A stretch of 63,738 nucleotides of DNA from Caldilineales bacterium. Its GTDB lineage: Bacteria; Chloroflexota; Anaerolineae; JAAEKA01. Below the pieces are notes generated by a model. The model made no database searches, was not told the DNA's origin, and saw only the letters and a list, made by a program, of their open reading frames with translations. The position numbers and the translations under genes are program-made. Of the stretch, positions 19,372-29,117 are shown in pieces. The DNA lies in contig JANWYQ010000088.1 in assembly GCA_025055015.1 (NCBI GenBank), positions 1-63,738 of the forward strand, read 5' to 3'. Position 1 is the first letter of the stretch. Each line of letters opens with the position of its first letter.

Positions 19372-21045
19372 TTACTCCACCCGCAGCACCACGAACACGG
19401 CGCGTCCGGTCGGGTCGTAGATGGCGTCCTCGATGGCGAGGCTGCGGCCCTGGGCCTGGACGATGGCCGCCAGCGCCTGGTCTCGCCCGCGAAAGACCAC
19501 GTCCTCCGGCATGTGGAAGAGGTAGAAGCGGTCGGGGTCGGCCAGCAGCTCCTGCATGCGACGGTCGAAGTCCTCGTCCGGCGCGTCCAGCCGGGTGTAG
19601 CCGAAGGCTTCGATGGGCTGCACCCGGTTCAGCGTCAGAAAGCGCACCGGCGCCTCGATGCCCCAGTCCATGGCCGCGGGCTGGCCGGCGCTGCGGGCGT
19701 CCAGCCAGTCGGCCAGGCGATAGATGGCTGCCGTGTGGCCGCCGAAGCCGCCGGTGGCGGCCAGGCTGCGATGGTAGCGCGCGGCAGCGGCTACGTCGGC
19801 GACGATCCACACGGCCAGCAGCAACGCCGCCGCAGCCCCCGTCCATCGCCGCCAGGCACGGCCGCTCTCCCCGGCCGCCGGCCCGACCAGCGCGTCCGCA
19901 GAGGCCGCCACGGCCAGGGCCAGGAAGGGGTGGAGCACCGCAAAGTGGGTCACGAACAGGTCCGACGCGGTGAAGCTGGACTGGACCACGATGAGCAGCA
20001 CCACGAGCCAGGCCACTAGCACAACTGCCGCGGCCCGCCGTCCTTCCCGCCGCCGCGCCCGGCCCAGGGCCGCCGCTGCGCCGACCAGCCCCAGGGCCAG
20101 GGCAATGGGAGGCGCCCAGCGGTTAGGCGTGGTCTCCCCCAGGTACCACAGGTGGTCGCTCCGCAGCAACGTGGGAAGCTGGCCTAGCCGAGTGCGCAGG
20201 TTGGGCAGAAAGGCCGTGTTGTCCACGCCATAGTAGCTGCGCTCCAGGTTGCCCAGCACGGCCGTCAGGGTGCCGCCGGTCTGCAGGTTGAAGATCAGCA
20301 TCGGCGTCAGCGCAGCCAGGAAGACAGCGGCCGCCACCAGGGCGGAGCGCCAGGTGAGCGTCCCGCCGCAACGCCGCCGGCCGACGACCCAGGCCACACC
20401 CCCCACGACGCCCAGCACCACCAGCACCCACACCGCCAGCAGCTTGGCCCACACCGCCCAGCCCGCGGTCCACGCCGCCAGGTACAGGGTCAGCGGTCGG
20501 CCGGTGCGCCGCCAGCGCAGCAGCAGCGCCGCCGTGGCCACCGACAAAGTCACAGCCACGTTGGTCACGAAGATCCCCTGCCGGCTCCAGAAGACGAAGG
20601 TGGGACTGGCGGCCAGCAGGAGCACGGCCATGCCGGCCAGGGAACCGGGCCGACGGCCGGCCAGCCGAGCCATCTCCCGCCCTAGCTCCCAGGTGAGCAA
20701 CAGGGTCAGCAGGCCGCACACCACCCCCAACAGCCGCAAGGCCGGAACGTTGACCCCCAGGGCAGCCAGGAAGGGGATCGCCAAGTAGACGTTGAGCGCG
20801 CCGATGTAGTCCTGGACCATCAAGGGCAGCTGCGCGTCGCCGATCCGGACCCCTGCTCCGCGGAAGGCGGTGACCGGCTGCCCCAACAGCAGCTCCATGG
20901 CGTTCACGCCCGCCTCCTTGGCCTCGTCGTAGTGCAGGCCGGGCAGGTGGAGCTGCGGCAGGGCCAACGCCAGGTAGAGGACCACGGCAGCCGCCAGGGC
21001 TGCTCGCCACCAACCATCCCCCGAGCGAGTGGACAGGGAAGCCAT
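19372..21045 (-). CDS. GT-C fold membrane glycosyltransferase (ArnT/PMT, GT39/GT83-like)
   Basis: First TM helix followed by PGLHYDEA; many hydrophobic segments. Confidence 0.75.
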   Translation of the reverse strand: MASLSTRSGDGWWRAALAAAVVLYLALALPQLHLPGLHYDEAKEAGVNAMELLLGQPVTAFRGAGVRIGDAQLPLMVQDYIGALNVYLAIPFLAALGVNVPALRLLGVVCGLLTLLLTWELGREMARLAGRRPGSLAGMAVLLLAASPTFVFWSRQGIFVTNVAVTLSVATAALLLRWRRTGRPLTLYLAAWTAGWAVWAKLLAVWVLVVLGVVGGVAWVVGRRRCGGTLTWRSALVAAAVFLAALTPMLIFNLQTGGTLTAVLGNLERSYYGVDNTAFLPNLRTRLGQLPTLLRSDHLWYLGETTPNRWAPPIALALGLVGAAAALGRARRREGRRAAAVVLVAWLVVLLIVVQSSFTASDLFVTHFAVLHPFLALAVAASADALVGPAAGESGRAWRRWTGAAAALLLAVWIVADVAAAARYHRSLAATGGFGGHTAAIYRLADWLDARSAGQPAAMDWGIEAPVRFLTLNRVQPIEAFGYTRLDAPDEDFDRRMQELLADPDRFYLFHMPEDVVFRGRDQALAAIVQAQGRSLAIEDAIYDPTGRAVFVVLRVE

Positions 21046-21084
21046 AGCTCACAGCGGCGGCGAAGGGCTGGGGACCCTCAGCCC

Positions 21085-22392
21085 CTAGCGCGCCATCAGG
21101 CGCACCTCGGTCACCAAGCTGTCGTAGTTGTGACCGGAGGCGTAGATCTTCAGCCAGTTGATCCGAGAGGGCAGCGGCCGACCCTCCATGGGCAGCCGTT
21201 CCAGCAGGTTGCCGCTCTCGAAAGCGTACCAAACCCCCTGGGCGATCTTCGTGCCGCCGGTGACCACCCACTGCGGCGGCGGGTCCCGGTAGTAGAAGCC
21301 GTGGGTCCAGAACTGGTGGTTGCCGTAGACGTCAATGTAGTCCAGCCAGAACATCACCGGGAACTCGGAGCTTTGCTCGCCCGCGCCGGGCAGGCTCTGC
21401 CAGCGCACCAGCACGTCCATCTGCAGGTTGAGGTACTCGTAGTCTTGGACGCTGCGGTTCAGCACCTGGGTGATGGCGGCCTCGGTGTGGGTGGGAGGCT
21501 GGTTGATGCGGCTGAAGCGGACGACGTTGCGGCCACCCACCTCCAAGGACGTGACCTGCGCCGCCGAGGTCTCAGCGTCGGGGTAGAAGCTGACCAGCCA
21601 GTTGGGTGGGCCAAGAGGCCCCTCGAAGCGGCCGTCTGCGATCAGGTTCTCGGCCAGGGGCACCGGCGCCGAGGGGGGCTGGCCGGCAGCCACCTCGGTG
21701 CGCAGCTCCTCCTCGACGACGATCTCGCTGCCGGCAGCCCGCACGGTGGCGAGGCCGAAGCGCGTGGCCACCAAGGTGCGCTCCCGGTCCACCTCGACCG
21801 CATAGCTGCCCGGCGTCAGGTCCACCGTGGCGTGGGGCGTCTCCACGGTGAGCGCCAAGGGCCGCTGGCCCTCGGCGGTAGGCGCCGGGATCACCCGCAC
21901 CCGGCCGCGCACCACCCGCAGCACGATGCGGTGGGGGTGGGGGCTCAGGCCGAAGCGGGGGCGGCTGGCTTGGACCAGAACGACCTGCGAGTCGGGGTAG
22001 AGCTGCGCCGTAGCCAGCTCGGCCGCGTTGGCATCCTGGCTCACGGCGAAGCGCAGCGTGGCCTGCGCCCCTTGGGCGATGGCGATCTCGGCGGCCGGCT
22101 CTAGACCGCGCGCGTCCACCACCGCCAGGGGGTCCGTCTGGTTGGGCAGGAGCACCAGGGCCGTGCCCTTGATCAGCCGCACCTCGGCCGCCAGCGGCCG
22201 GGTGGCGTTGAACAGGTAGGAGCGGATGGCCAACGGCACGGCAATGGCCAGCGCGCAGAAGATGGCAAAGGCCGTCAAGAGCACGATCCACGCCAGCCGC
22301 GCCGGGTTGCGGTGCGCCCAGGGGATCTCCTGTTGGGCGGCTGCAGGCGTGGCTTCGCCGGAGCCGCTGCGCGCTGAGGAGGAAAGGGCCAT
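21085..22392 (-). CDS. Membrane-anchored FecR-domain protein with C-terminal beta-sandwich domain
   Basis: One TM helix, then FecR-like beta pattern (QLYPDSQVVL...GRVRV...VETPHATV...GSYAVEV). Confidence 0.65.
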   Translation of the reverse strand: MALSSSARSGSGEATPAAAQQEIPWAHRNPARLAWIVLLTAFAIFCALAIAVPLAIRSYLFNATRPLAAEVRLIKGTALVLLPNQTDPLAVVDARGLEPAAEIAIAQGAQATLRFAVSQDANAAELATAQLYPDSQVVLVQASRPRFGLSPHPHRIVLRVVRGRVRVIPAPTAEGQRPLALTVETPHATVDLTPGSYAVEVDRERTLVATRFGLATVRAAGSEIVVEEELRTEVAAGQPPSAPVPLAENLIADGRFEGPLGPPNWLVSFYPDAETSAAQVTSLEVGGRNVVRFSRINQPPTHTEAAITQVLNRSVQDYEYLNLQMDVLVRWQSLPGAGEQSSEFPVMFWLDYIDVYGNHQFWTHGFYYRDPPPQWVVTGGTKIAQGVWYAFESGNLLERLPMEGRPLPSRINWLKIYASGHNYDSLVTEVRLMAR

Positions 22393-22393
22393 G

Positions 22394-23008
22394 TCAGCCG
22401 TCCTTGGCTGCTGCGGTCGAGTCGGGGGAGGGGGGAGAGGCGGGCTTCTGCTCGCTGGCCTCCACGCGGGCGAGCCAGTCCAGCCAGCGACGGGCGTCGC
22501 GGTCGCCGGGGTCTACCTCTAGGGCTTGCTGGAAGCAGGCGCGGGCGCGCTCCCAGGCGCCCTGGTCCTTGTAGATCAAGCCTAGGTTGTAGTGCACGTT
22601 CGGGGTCTTGGGGTCGAGGGCCAGGGCGCGCTCGTAGGCTGCGATGGCCCGGCGCTGGTGCTGCGGGCCGGAGGTCTCCAGCCGCCCGAGGTAGGCCGCG
22701 GCCAGGTTCACCCACACCATGGGGTTCTCCGGCGCCAGCTCGGTGGCCCGCTCCAGGATGGGCACGGCCTGCCGGTAGCGGTGCTGCAGGATGTAGGCGC
22801 CGCCCAGGTTGATGGCCACGTCCACGTCGTCGGGCAACAGCCGGGCCGCCTCCAGCAACACCGCCAGGGCCTCGCCCGGCCGCCGCTGGCTGAGCAGCCG
22901 TGCGCCGGCGGCCAACAGCTCCTGGCCGCGGCGGCGCCGCTCCTCCGGTCCGGCAGAGGAGCCCGCGGAGCCGCCGGCGCGCGCGTCAGAGGGAAAGGAA
23001 GAAGCCAT
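22394..23008 (-). CDS. Tetratricopeptide repeat protein
   Basis: Repeated NLG.AY / A..L.P TPR signatures. Confidence 0.85.
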   Translation of the reverse strand: MASSFPSDARAGGSAGSSAGPEERRRRGQELLAAGARLLSQRRPGEALAVLLEAARLLPDDVDVAINLGGAYILQHRYRQAVPILERATELAPENPMVWVNLAAAYLGRLETSGPQHQRRAIAAYERALALDPKTPNVHYNLGLIYKDQGAWERARACFQQALEVDPGDRDARRWLDWLARVEASEQKPASPPSPDSTAAAKDG

Positions 23009-23011
23009 CGG

Positions 23012-23923
23012 CTAGATCAGGAAGCTTAACAAAAGGGTCAGGGTCACCAGGCTGCCCAGGGTGGACGCCATCACCACGCCGGCGGTGAAGGCCGCCTCTG
23101 CGTGGTACTCGTCCGCCAACACGGTCGCCATCACCGCGGTGGGCATGCTGGCCTGCAGCACGCTACTTTGGCGCGTTAGACCGCTCAGCCCCATCCAGTG
23201 CGCCACCAGCAGGCCGACGGCCATGCCGCCCAGCAGCTTGACGGCCGCTGCCAGGGAGATGCGGGTCAGCGAGTTCTGCAGTCGCACGCCGGCCAGCTGT
23301 ACGCCCAGCAGCACCAGCATCACCGGAATAGCGCCCTGGCCCAGCAGGCTGGCCGTGCGCTCCACGGGCACCGGAACGGGGACGCCGGTGGCCCACACCG
23401 CAACACCCAGAACGCCGGCGTAGGTGAGAGGCACTCGCCACAAGCTGCGCAGCGCAGCCGCGGCGCCTTGTTGGCCGGCCGACACCACGTAGACGCCCAA
23501 GGTGGCAATCATCAGCGTGCTGACCGCGTAGTACACCACCGCGGGCTCCAGGGCAGCCGGACCAAAGGCGAACTGGTTAGCCGCCAGCCCATAGTTGCCG
23601 GTGTTGCCCGCCAGGGCCGCCAGCACGAAGGCCGCGGTTTGGCTGCGGCTGCTGCGCAGGGCGCGGGCCGCCATCCACGCCAGCAGCGCCGTGCCCAGCA
23701 TGGTGGCTACAGCAAACGTCGCTATCTGCCCCAGCTGGGAGCCAGACAGCGACGAGTGGCTGAGCTTGTCGAACAGCAGACACGGCGAGAGGATGTAGAA
23801 GGCCACCCGCGACAGGTGCTGCGAGGGCAGGTGGATTCGCCGGGCCAGCAGGTAGCCGAGCCCGGCGGCCAACACGATGGGCATCAGCACCTGCCAGAAA
23901 ACGCCGAAGATGACCGCCGCCAT
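23012..23923 (-). CDS. AEC (auxin efflux carrier) family transporter
   Basis: About 10 TM helices; GNTGNYG, ASMPTA motifs. Confidence 0.88.
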   Translation of the reverse strand: MAAVIFGVFWQVLMPIVLAAGLGYLLARRIHLPSQHLSRVAFYILSPCLLFDKLSHSSLSGSQLGQIATFAVATMLGTALLAWMAARALRSSRSQTAAFVLAALAGNTGNYGLAANQFAFGPAALEPAVVYYAVSTLMIATLGVYVVSAGQQGAAAALRSLWRVPLTYAGVLGVAVWATGVPVPVPVERTASLLGQGAIPVMLVLLGVQLAGVRLQNSLTRISLAAAVKLLGGMAVGLLVAHWMGLSGLTRQSSVLQASMPTAVMATVLADEYHAEAAFTAGVVMASTLGSLVTLTLLLSFLI

Positions 23924-23962
23924 GGTCAGCTCCGGCAGAGGGCGGGCAGCCCGTCGTGCGCG

Positions 23963-24952
23963 TCAGTCATCGGCGTCGTGCAGGTCGAACCAGAGCAGGC
24001 CCGGCAGCTGGTCGTCGCCGCTCATGAAGGCCAGCTCCTCTAGCGCCTCCTCGGCCGCGTCGGCCAGGTCGGGGTCGTCGCTGTCGCAGCAGGCCTCGAG
24101 GGCCCGCCGTGCGGCCGGGCCGCCGATGCGTCCCAGCGACCACACGGCGATGTTGCGTAGGTCCACGTCGTCCTGGTCCAGCATGCGGATCAGCTCGGGC
24201 ACCGCCTCGGCCAGCTCCAGCTCGCCGCTGGCGCGCGCCGCCTCGTAGCGCATGGCCGGGTCGTCGCTGCTCAGCTCCTGCAGCACGATCTCGCCCCAGC
24301 GGGTGTCGGCGCTGCGCCCCATGGCAAAGACGGCGCTCAGGCGCATGTCCGGGTCCTCGTCCTCGTAGGCCTGCTGGATCAGCGCCGGAACGTTGGGAGA
24401 CGCAGAATAGGCCAACGCCTCCAGCACCCGGCGACGCACCGATACCTCCTCGGCGGAGTTGGCATAGGCCGCCTGCAGGGCCGCCTCAACGCCGGCAGCC
24501 AGCGCCTGGTCCATCTCCTCCAGCTCGCCAAGGAGCAGGAAGCGGCCCAGGGACTGAGCCGCGGCCGCGCGCACCTCGGCCGCCGGGTCGCTCTGCAGCA
24601 GACGGATGAAGGGCCCGATCAACAGGACGTCCTCCACCTCCCACAGCCCGTCAATGGCCTTGGCGCGCACCCAGGGATCCGCGTCCTCCAGCGCCCACTG
24701 GAAGATGCGCCGAAAATAGACGTCAATGCGCTCCTCCGAGAGCTCCACCAGCCGCTCCATCAGCGCGCGGCGCCGAGAGGCGGAGAGCGCAGCCCACGTC
24801 TCCTTGAACTGGTTCAGGCCGTCCTGGGTGAGGTCGGACAGCACCGCCAGGTCAACGGTGTTTAAGCTGCGGCTGGAGTCGCTTACCTCGGCTAACACGC
24901 TGCCGACGCTGGGCCGCGACCGAGGTCGGATGGTGCGTGCTGTCGGTGTCAT
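23963..24952 (-). CDS. HEAT-repeat (PBS lyase-like) protein
   Basis: Repeated D....VR..A...LG units. Confidence 0.85.
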   Translation of the reverse strand: MTPTARTIRPRSRPSVGSVLAEVSDSSRSLNTVDLAVLSDLTQDGLNQFKETWAALSASRRRALMERLVELSEERIDVYFRRIFQWALEDADPWVRAKAIDGLWEVEDVLLIGPFIRLLQSDPAAEVRAAAAQSLGRFLLLGELEEMDQALAAGVEAALQAAYANSAEEVSVRRRVLEALAYSASPNVPALIQQAYEDEDPDMRLSAVFAMGRSADTRWGEIVLQELSSDDPAMRYEAARASGELELAEAVPELIRMLDQDDVDLRNIAVWSLGRIGGPAARRALEACCDSDDPDLADAAEEALEELAFMSGDDQLPGLLWFDLHDADD

Positions 24953-24954
24953 GG

Positions 24955-26259
24955 TCAGCGCCAGTAGAAGGTGGCCTTGCGGCTGATGGGCGACACCTCC
25001 ACCACCTGGCCCGAGGGCAGACGGCGGCGCACCTGCACGGTCCACGTGAAGATGCGGTTGGGCGTGGCCGCCACCTCATAGGTCCAGCGCGGCACCTCGA
25101 ACCAGGGGCGGGTGGTCTCGTCGTCCACGAAGCCCACGCTGCCGTCCTGCATCAGGAACTCGACGTAGACGTAGTAGTAGTCTGCGGCGGTCATGCCGGG
25201 CACCGGGTCCCAGCGCAGGACCGCCTGGCTGTCGGCCGTGAAGCCGTCGTCGTCGCGAGGCAACAGGCCTTGGGGCGCAGGCAAGGCCGGCACGGGGACG
25301 GTGGGGGTGGGCGTCGGGGTAGCGGTGGGCCGCGGCCGGGTCGGTGTGGGCGTGGGGGGGGGCGGGGGCGTTGCGTCGGCCGGCGGGATGCGCAGACGCT
25401 CGTTCACCTGCAGCACGTCGTTGGGGGTGCGCCGGTTGTAGGCCGCCAGCGCCTCCTGGGTGATGCCGAAGCGCCGGGCGATGGTGAACCAGTTGTCCCC
25501 CGGCTGCACGGTGTAGAGCAGCTCGCCGGGTCCCCCAACGCCGGCCGCCACCGCCTGAGGCGTCGGGGTGGGCGGCGTTGTAGGCGTGGGCTGGGCGCGG
25601 GTCGGGGTGGGCGGCGCCGGGCTGGCGGTGGGCGTTGGCGCTGCGGTTGGCGCCTCCGTGGAGACCGCCGCCACGACGGCCGTGGCCTCCGCGGTGGGGG
25701 TCACCGGGTTGGTGGCCTGCAGGGCCGCCATAGCCACGGCCTCAGGCACGGTGGTGGGCGCCACGATGAGCGTAGACGGCTGGGTAGACGTCAGCGAGGC
25801 CTTGGCAGCCAACAGGCTCTCATCGGGCAAGGGAGGCAGGAGGACGATCGGGGTAGGGGTCGGGGTCTCCTGCAGGGGAGCGGGCTCGGCGAGGCTGGAC
25901 GCGGTGTCCAGGACCTTGCCGCCGATGTGGCTCACCCGTTCCTGTAAGGTGGCCAGGCGATCGTGTGCCAGCGAGCGAGCGGTTTGCCATGGCGTGCGAC
26001 CCGGCGCAGCAGCGAGGATCAGCACCGTGGCTGCTGCGGACAGCACCAACATGACGGCGAGCAGCGCAGAAAGGCCCACCGGCAAGAGGCGGCTGCGCAG
26101 TCGGCACCCACACGATGGACAAAGCTCCAGCGCGGAGGATGCCCGACGGCCACAGTGCGCACAACGTATCTGAGCCGGTTGGCGGCGCTGGCGGGCGCCG
26201 CAGTGGGGACAAACCTCAAGCCCGCTGTGTATCTCGATACCACAGCGTTTACAGTGCAT
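24955..26259 (-). CDS. Double zinc ribbon / TM / PT-rich linker / LysM protein
   Basis: Four CxxC pairs at the N-terminus; TM helix; YTVQPGDNWFTIARRFG LysM motif. Confidence 0.85.
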   Translation of the reverse strand: MHCKRCGIEIHSGLEVCPHCGARQRRQPAQIRCAHCGRRASSALELCPSCGCRLRSRLLPVGLSALLAVMLVLSAAATVLILAAAPGRTPWQTARSLAHDRLATLQERVSHIGGKVLDTASSLAEPAPLQETPTPTPIVLLPPLPDESLLAAKASLTSTQPSTLIVAPTTVPEAVAMAALQATNPVTPTAEATAVVAAVSTEAPTAAPTPTASPAPPTPTRAQPTPTTPPTPTPQAVAAGVGGPGELLYTVQPGDNWFTIARRFGITQEALAAYNRRTPNDVLQVNERLRIPPADATPPPPPTPTPTRPRPTATPTPTPTVPVPALPAPQGLLPRDDDGFTADSQAVLRWDPVPGMTAADYYYVYVEFLMQDGSVGFVDDETTRPWFEVPRWTYEVAATPNRIFTWTVQVRRRLPSGQVVEVSPISRKATFYWR

Positions 26260-26411
26260 AGAAACCTCATAGAAGGTCCAGGCCGCGCATTGCTGCCCTT
26301 GCGCCGCCTGGGGTCACCTGAGCTCTGCGGACGCGGTTAGCCGACGGCCGAGACGAGAGCGGGACGTGGGGCAACGACCTCCTTGACGGGCAGAGCTGGG
26401 CCGGATGCCTC

Positions 26412-27701
26412 TCAGTTGCCCAACGGCGCAAGCCAGTCGGGCGGTGACACCGGCGAGGCGAAGTCCTGGTAGGTGATGAGAACCATGAGGCCGAGCAGAA
26501 AAACCATGCCGGCCAGGTGAATGGCGCCTTCCCACTGGGGGTCAATGCGCCGGCCGCGAATCTGCTCGATCAGCACGAAGAGCAGGCGGCCGCCGTCCAA
26601 GGCCGGCAGGGGCAGCAGGTTGGTGATGGCCAGCGCAGCGCTCAGGATGCCCATGAGCTGTAGGATCGGGAACCACCAGCCGGAGCTCAGGCTCTGCTGG
26701 AAGGTGCTGCTGGTGAGGTCGTAGATGCCCTTGGGGCCGATGGGCCGGGCCTCCTCCGGGGTGATGACCCCGCGCATCAGCAGCGCCGGCACCGACAAGG
26801 TGATGCGGATGAAGCGCGCCGTGTCCTCGGTCCCACGCACCAGGGACTGCAACGGATCGTAGCGCTGGATCTCGGTGACGGGGTACATCTTGAGGCCGAT
26901 GTAGCCCTGGCCGGGGGGCGGGTTCAGGCGCGGGGTGACCTGCACGGTGAAGGTTTGGTCGCCTCGCTTCACCAGCAGGGTCACGGCCCGGCCGGGGTGC
27001 GCCTCGATGTATCGGGCCAGGTCCCCCGCCTCCACCACGGTTTGGTCGTCAATCTGAAAGATGCGGTCGCCCACTTGCAGGCCCACGGCCTCGGCCGGCG
27101 AGCCGGGGGCGATCTCCACGATGCGGCCGCCGGGCACCGGCTCCGGCCGGCCCAGCATGAAGGAGAACGCAAACAGGAGAATGGCCAGGACGAAGTTCAT
27201 GGCCGGGCCGGCCAACAGGGTCACCGCGCGCGCCGTGCGCGAGGCGCTGGCGAAGCTGCCGGGGCCGGCCGGTCCATCCTCGCCCCGCATGCGCACAAAG
27301 CCGCCCAGGGGGATCAGGTTGATGCTGTAGATGGTGCCGGGGTCCACTAGCTGCACGCGGCGTACGTCTGCGCCGAACGGCGGAGCCTGCTCCGGGTCGA
27401 GCACCTCGATGCACTGCAGCACAGCCCGGCCGCGGCGGTCGGTGGTCGCCTCGTACGTCACCAGGGAGTCGGCGGCCAGGTCGGCGGGCAGCCGAAAGCC
27501 GCGGGGCACTTTGACCTCGCGGCCGCCGATCACCAGCTTGCCCGCCCCGCGGAAGAGAGTGATCACACGCGGGGGGAAGCCGAAGCCGAACTCCTCGGCC
27601 ACGATGCCGTAGCGCCGCGCGGCCAGGAAGTGGCCCAGCTCGTGGATGAACACGAGGACGCCGAAAATGATCACAAATACGGCGATGTTCAGCAAAAACA
27701 T
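26412..27701 (-). CDS. rseP: RIP metalloprotease RseP (M50B, PDZ)
   Basis: HELGH, PLGGFV, AGPAMN, PDZ GSPAEAVGLQVGD, NLLPLPALDGG. Confidence 0.92.
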   Translation of the reverse strand: MFLLNIAVFVIIFGVLVFIHELGHFLAARRYGIVAEEFGFGFPPRVITLFRGAGKLVIGGREVKVPRGFRLPADLAADSLVTYEATTDRRGRAVLQCIEVLDPEQAPPFGADVRRVQLVDPGTIYSINLIPLGGFVRMRGEDGPAGPGSFASASRTARAVTLLAGPAMNFVLAILLFAFSFMLGRPEPVPGGRIVEIAPGSPAEAVGLQVGDRIFQIDDQTVVEAGDLARYIEAHPGRAVTLLVKRGDQTFTVQVTPRLNPPPGQGYIGLKMYPVTEIQRYDPLQSLVRGTEDTARFIRITLSVPALLMRGVITPEEARPIGPKGIYDLTSSTFQQSLSSGWWFPILQLMGILSAALAITNLLPLPALDGGRLLFVLIEQIRGRRIDPQWEGAIHLAGMVFLLGLMVLITYQDFASPVSPPDWLAPLGN

Positions 27702-27858
27702 GGGTCGTCTTCTCTCTAGCTACGCCTTCTGCAAATCGCCTTTGCGCAATGAGACAGCCTGTAGCAAAACCTCTGACTCGCTTCTCCTACGGTCCAGCGC
27801 GCATTATAGCCGCGACCGGCTGAAACGCCAAAGCGATTAACAGATTGTCATTTTTTTG

Positions 27859-28701
27859 TCAGCTAGCCCGGATCACGGTGCCCCCGGCCTCCGGCCGGCC
27901 GAGCACCGCTGCCGCCACGGCGCCGGGCCGCAGCCCGGAAACCAGCCGCACCTCTAGCCCTGGCTGCTGCGCCGCCAGCCGACACATCTCCGTCACCTTG
28001 CTCAACATGCCGCCGGTGACGTCCACGCCGTGGGAGCCGCCCAGGCTGGCCCGCAGCGCGGGCAGGTCCTGGGGGGTGATCAGGGGCCAGTGCATGGCGT
28101 CGGGGTGCTGCAGCGGGTCGGCGCTGTACACGCCGTCTACGGTGCCGGCCAGCACGATGCGCTGCGGCCGCAGCCGCTCCGCCAGCCAGACGAACAGCTC
28201 CTCGGTGCTGGCAATGGTTCCCCCGCGGCGGACATCCAGCATGGCGTCGCCGTAGGTCAGCGGCACCACCTCCCGCGCCAACGCCATCTGGAAGAGCTCG
28301 ACCTGCCAGCGGGCGACGTGGCCGTCCTCGCACCAGCCGCCGGCCGAGGGCTGCACCGACCACACCGGCACGCCCGCCGCCAGGAAGGCGGCCACCACCA
28401 GGCGGTTGAGCCGCGCCGCTGCGTCCGCCACCTCGGCGAAGCCTTGCCAGCCCGCTGCGCCCTGCACGCCGTGGCGGGTGCCGTGGCGGCTGGCAGCCAT
28501 GTGGCCGAAGGAGCCGCTGCCGTGGCCGACCAGCAGGTGCAGGTCGGGCGCCTCCGCGCGCGCTTGCACAACCTCTTGCGCCAGCCGCTGCAACACGTCC
28601 GCCGCAACAGTCTCGGGCCGCGTCTTGTCGGTGATTAGCGACCCGCCGAGCTTAAGGAACACCAGGTCGCCCTGGCGTGCGTCAAACCCGTTGCTGCTCA
28701 T
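27859..28701 (-). CDS. ipk: Isopentenyl phosphate kinase (amino acid kinase fold)
   Basis: KLGGSLITDK, GHGSGSFGH (IPK His), DVTGGM..K; ATGA overlap with the upstream gene. Confidence 0.85.
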   Translation of the reverse strand: MSSNGFDARQGDLVFLKLGGSLITDKTRPETVAADVLQRLAQEVVQARAEAPDLHLLVGHGSGSFGHMAASRHGTRHGVQGAAGWQGFAEVADAAARLNRLVVAAFLAAGVPVWSVQPSAGGWCEDGHVARWQVELFQMALAREVVPLTYGDAMLDVRRGGTIASTEELFVWLAERLRPQRIVLAGTVDGVYSADPLQHPDAMHWPLITPQDLPALRASLGGSHGVDVTGGMLSKVTEMCRLAAQQPGLEVRLVSGLRPGAVAAAVLGRPEAGGTVIRAS

Positions 28702-29105
28702 GTCGGCTCCTCGCGCACCTCCACCACTCCGTTCTCCACCACCACCCACGCGCCGTCGGGGATTAGCTGGATGGGCACCTGGTCCACCATCGGGATGTCG
28801 GCGATGATGGCGCCCACGGCGACGATGGGCTCGCTCTCAGCGTTGACCATGGCCGCCGGGGCAACGCCGTTGCGGGCCAGGCGCAGGATGGTGTAGGAGC
28901 CCACGGTGCTGCCCTTGCCGGTGGGGAACACCAGCACGCGGCCGGCCACCGACTGCCCCTGGAGCGGGTGGTTGGGCTCCACCACCACGCCGGTGTCGGG
29001 GTCCACGCCGCCCAAGAAGCCGATGGGCTCGGGCGACACCAGCGCGCGGCCCTCCCCGCGGCCGGCCTTGATCACGCGGCCTTGCAGTCGGATCACGTCG
29101 TTCAT
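28698..29105 (-). CDS. AcnX/DUF126 small subunit (putative phosphomevalonate dehydratase small subunit)
   Basis: GFLGGVDPDTG, KGSTVGSY, EPIVAVGAII swiveling-domain motifs. Confidence 0.85.
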   Translation of the reverse strand: MNDVIRLQGRVIKAGRGEGRALVSPEPIGFLGGVDPDTGVVVEPNHPLQGQSVAGRVLVFPTGKGSTVGSYTILRLARNGVAPAAMVNAESEPIVAVGAIIADIPMVDQVPIQLIPDGAWVVVENGVVEVREEPT

Positions 29106-29117
29106 GGCACTTTCCGG

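Noticed and set aside
25290-25870. Repetitive DNA in the LysM gene and the QPAAP run at about 38320-38390
   Set aside because: These are Pro/Thr/Ala-rich protein linkers, not DNA repeat elements or CRISPR.
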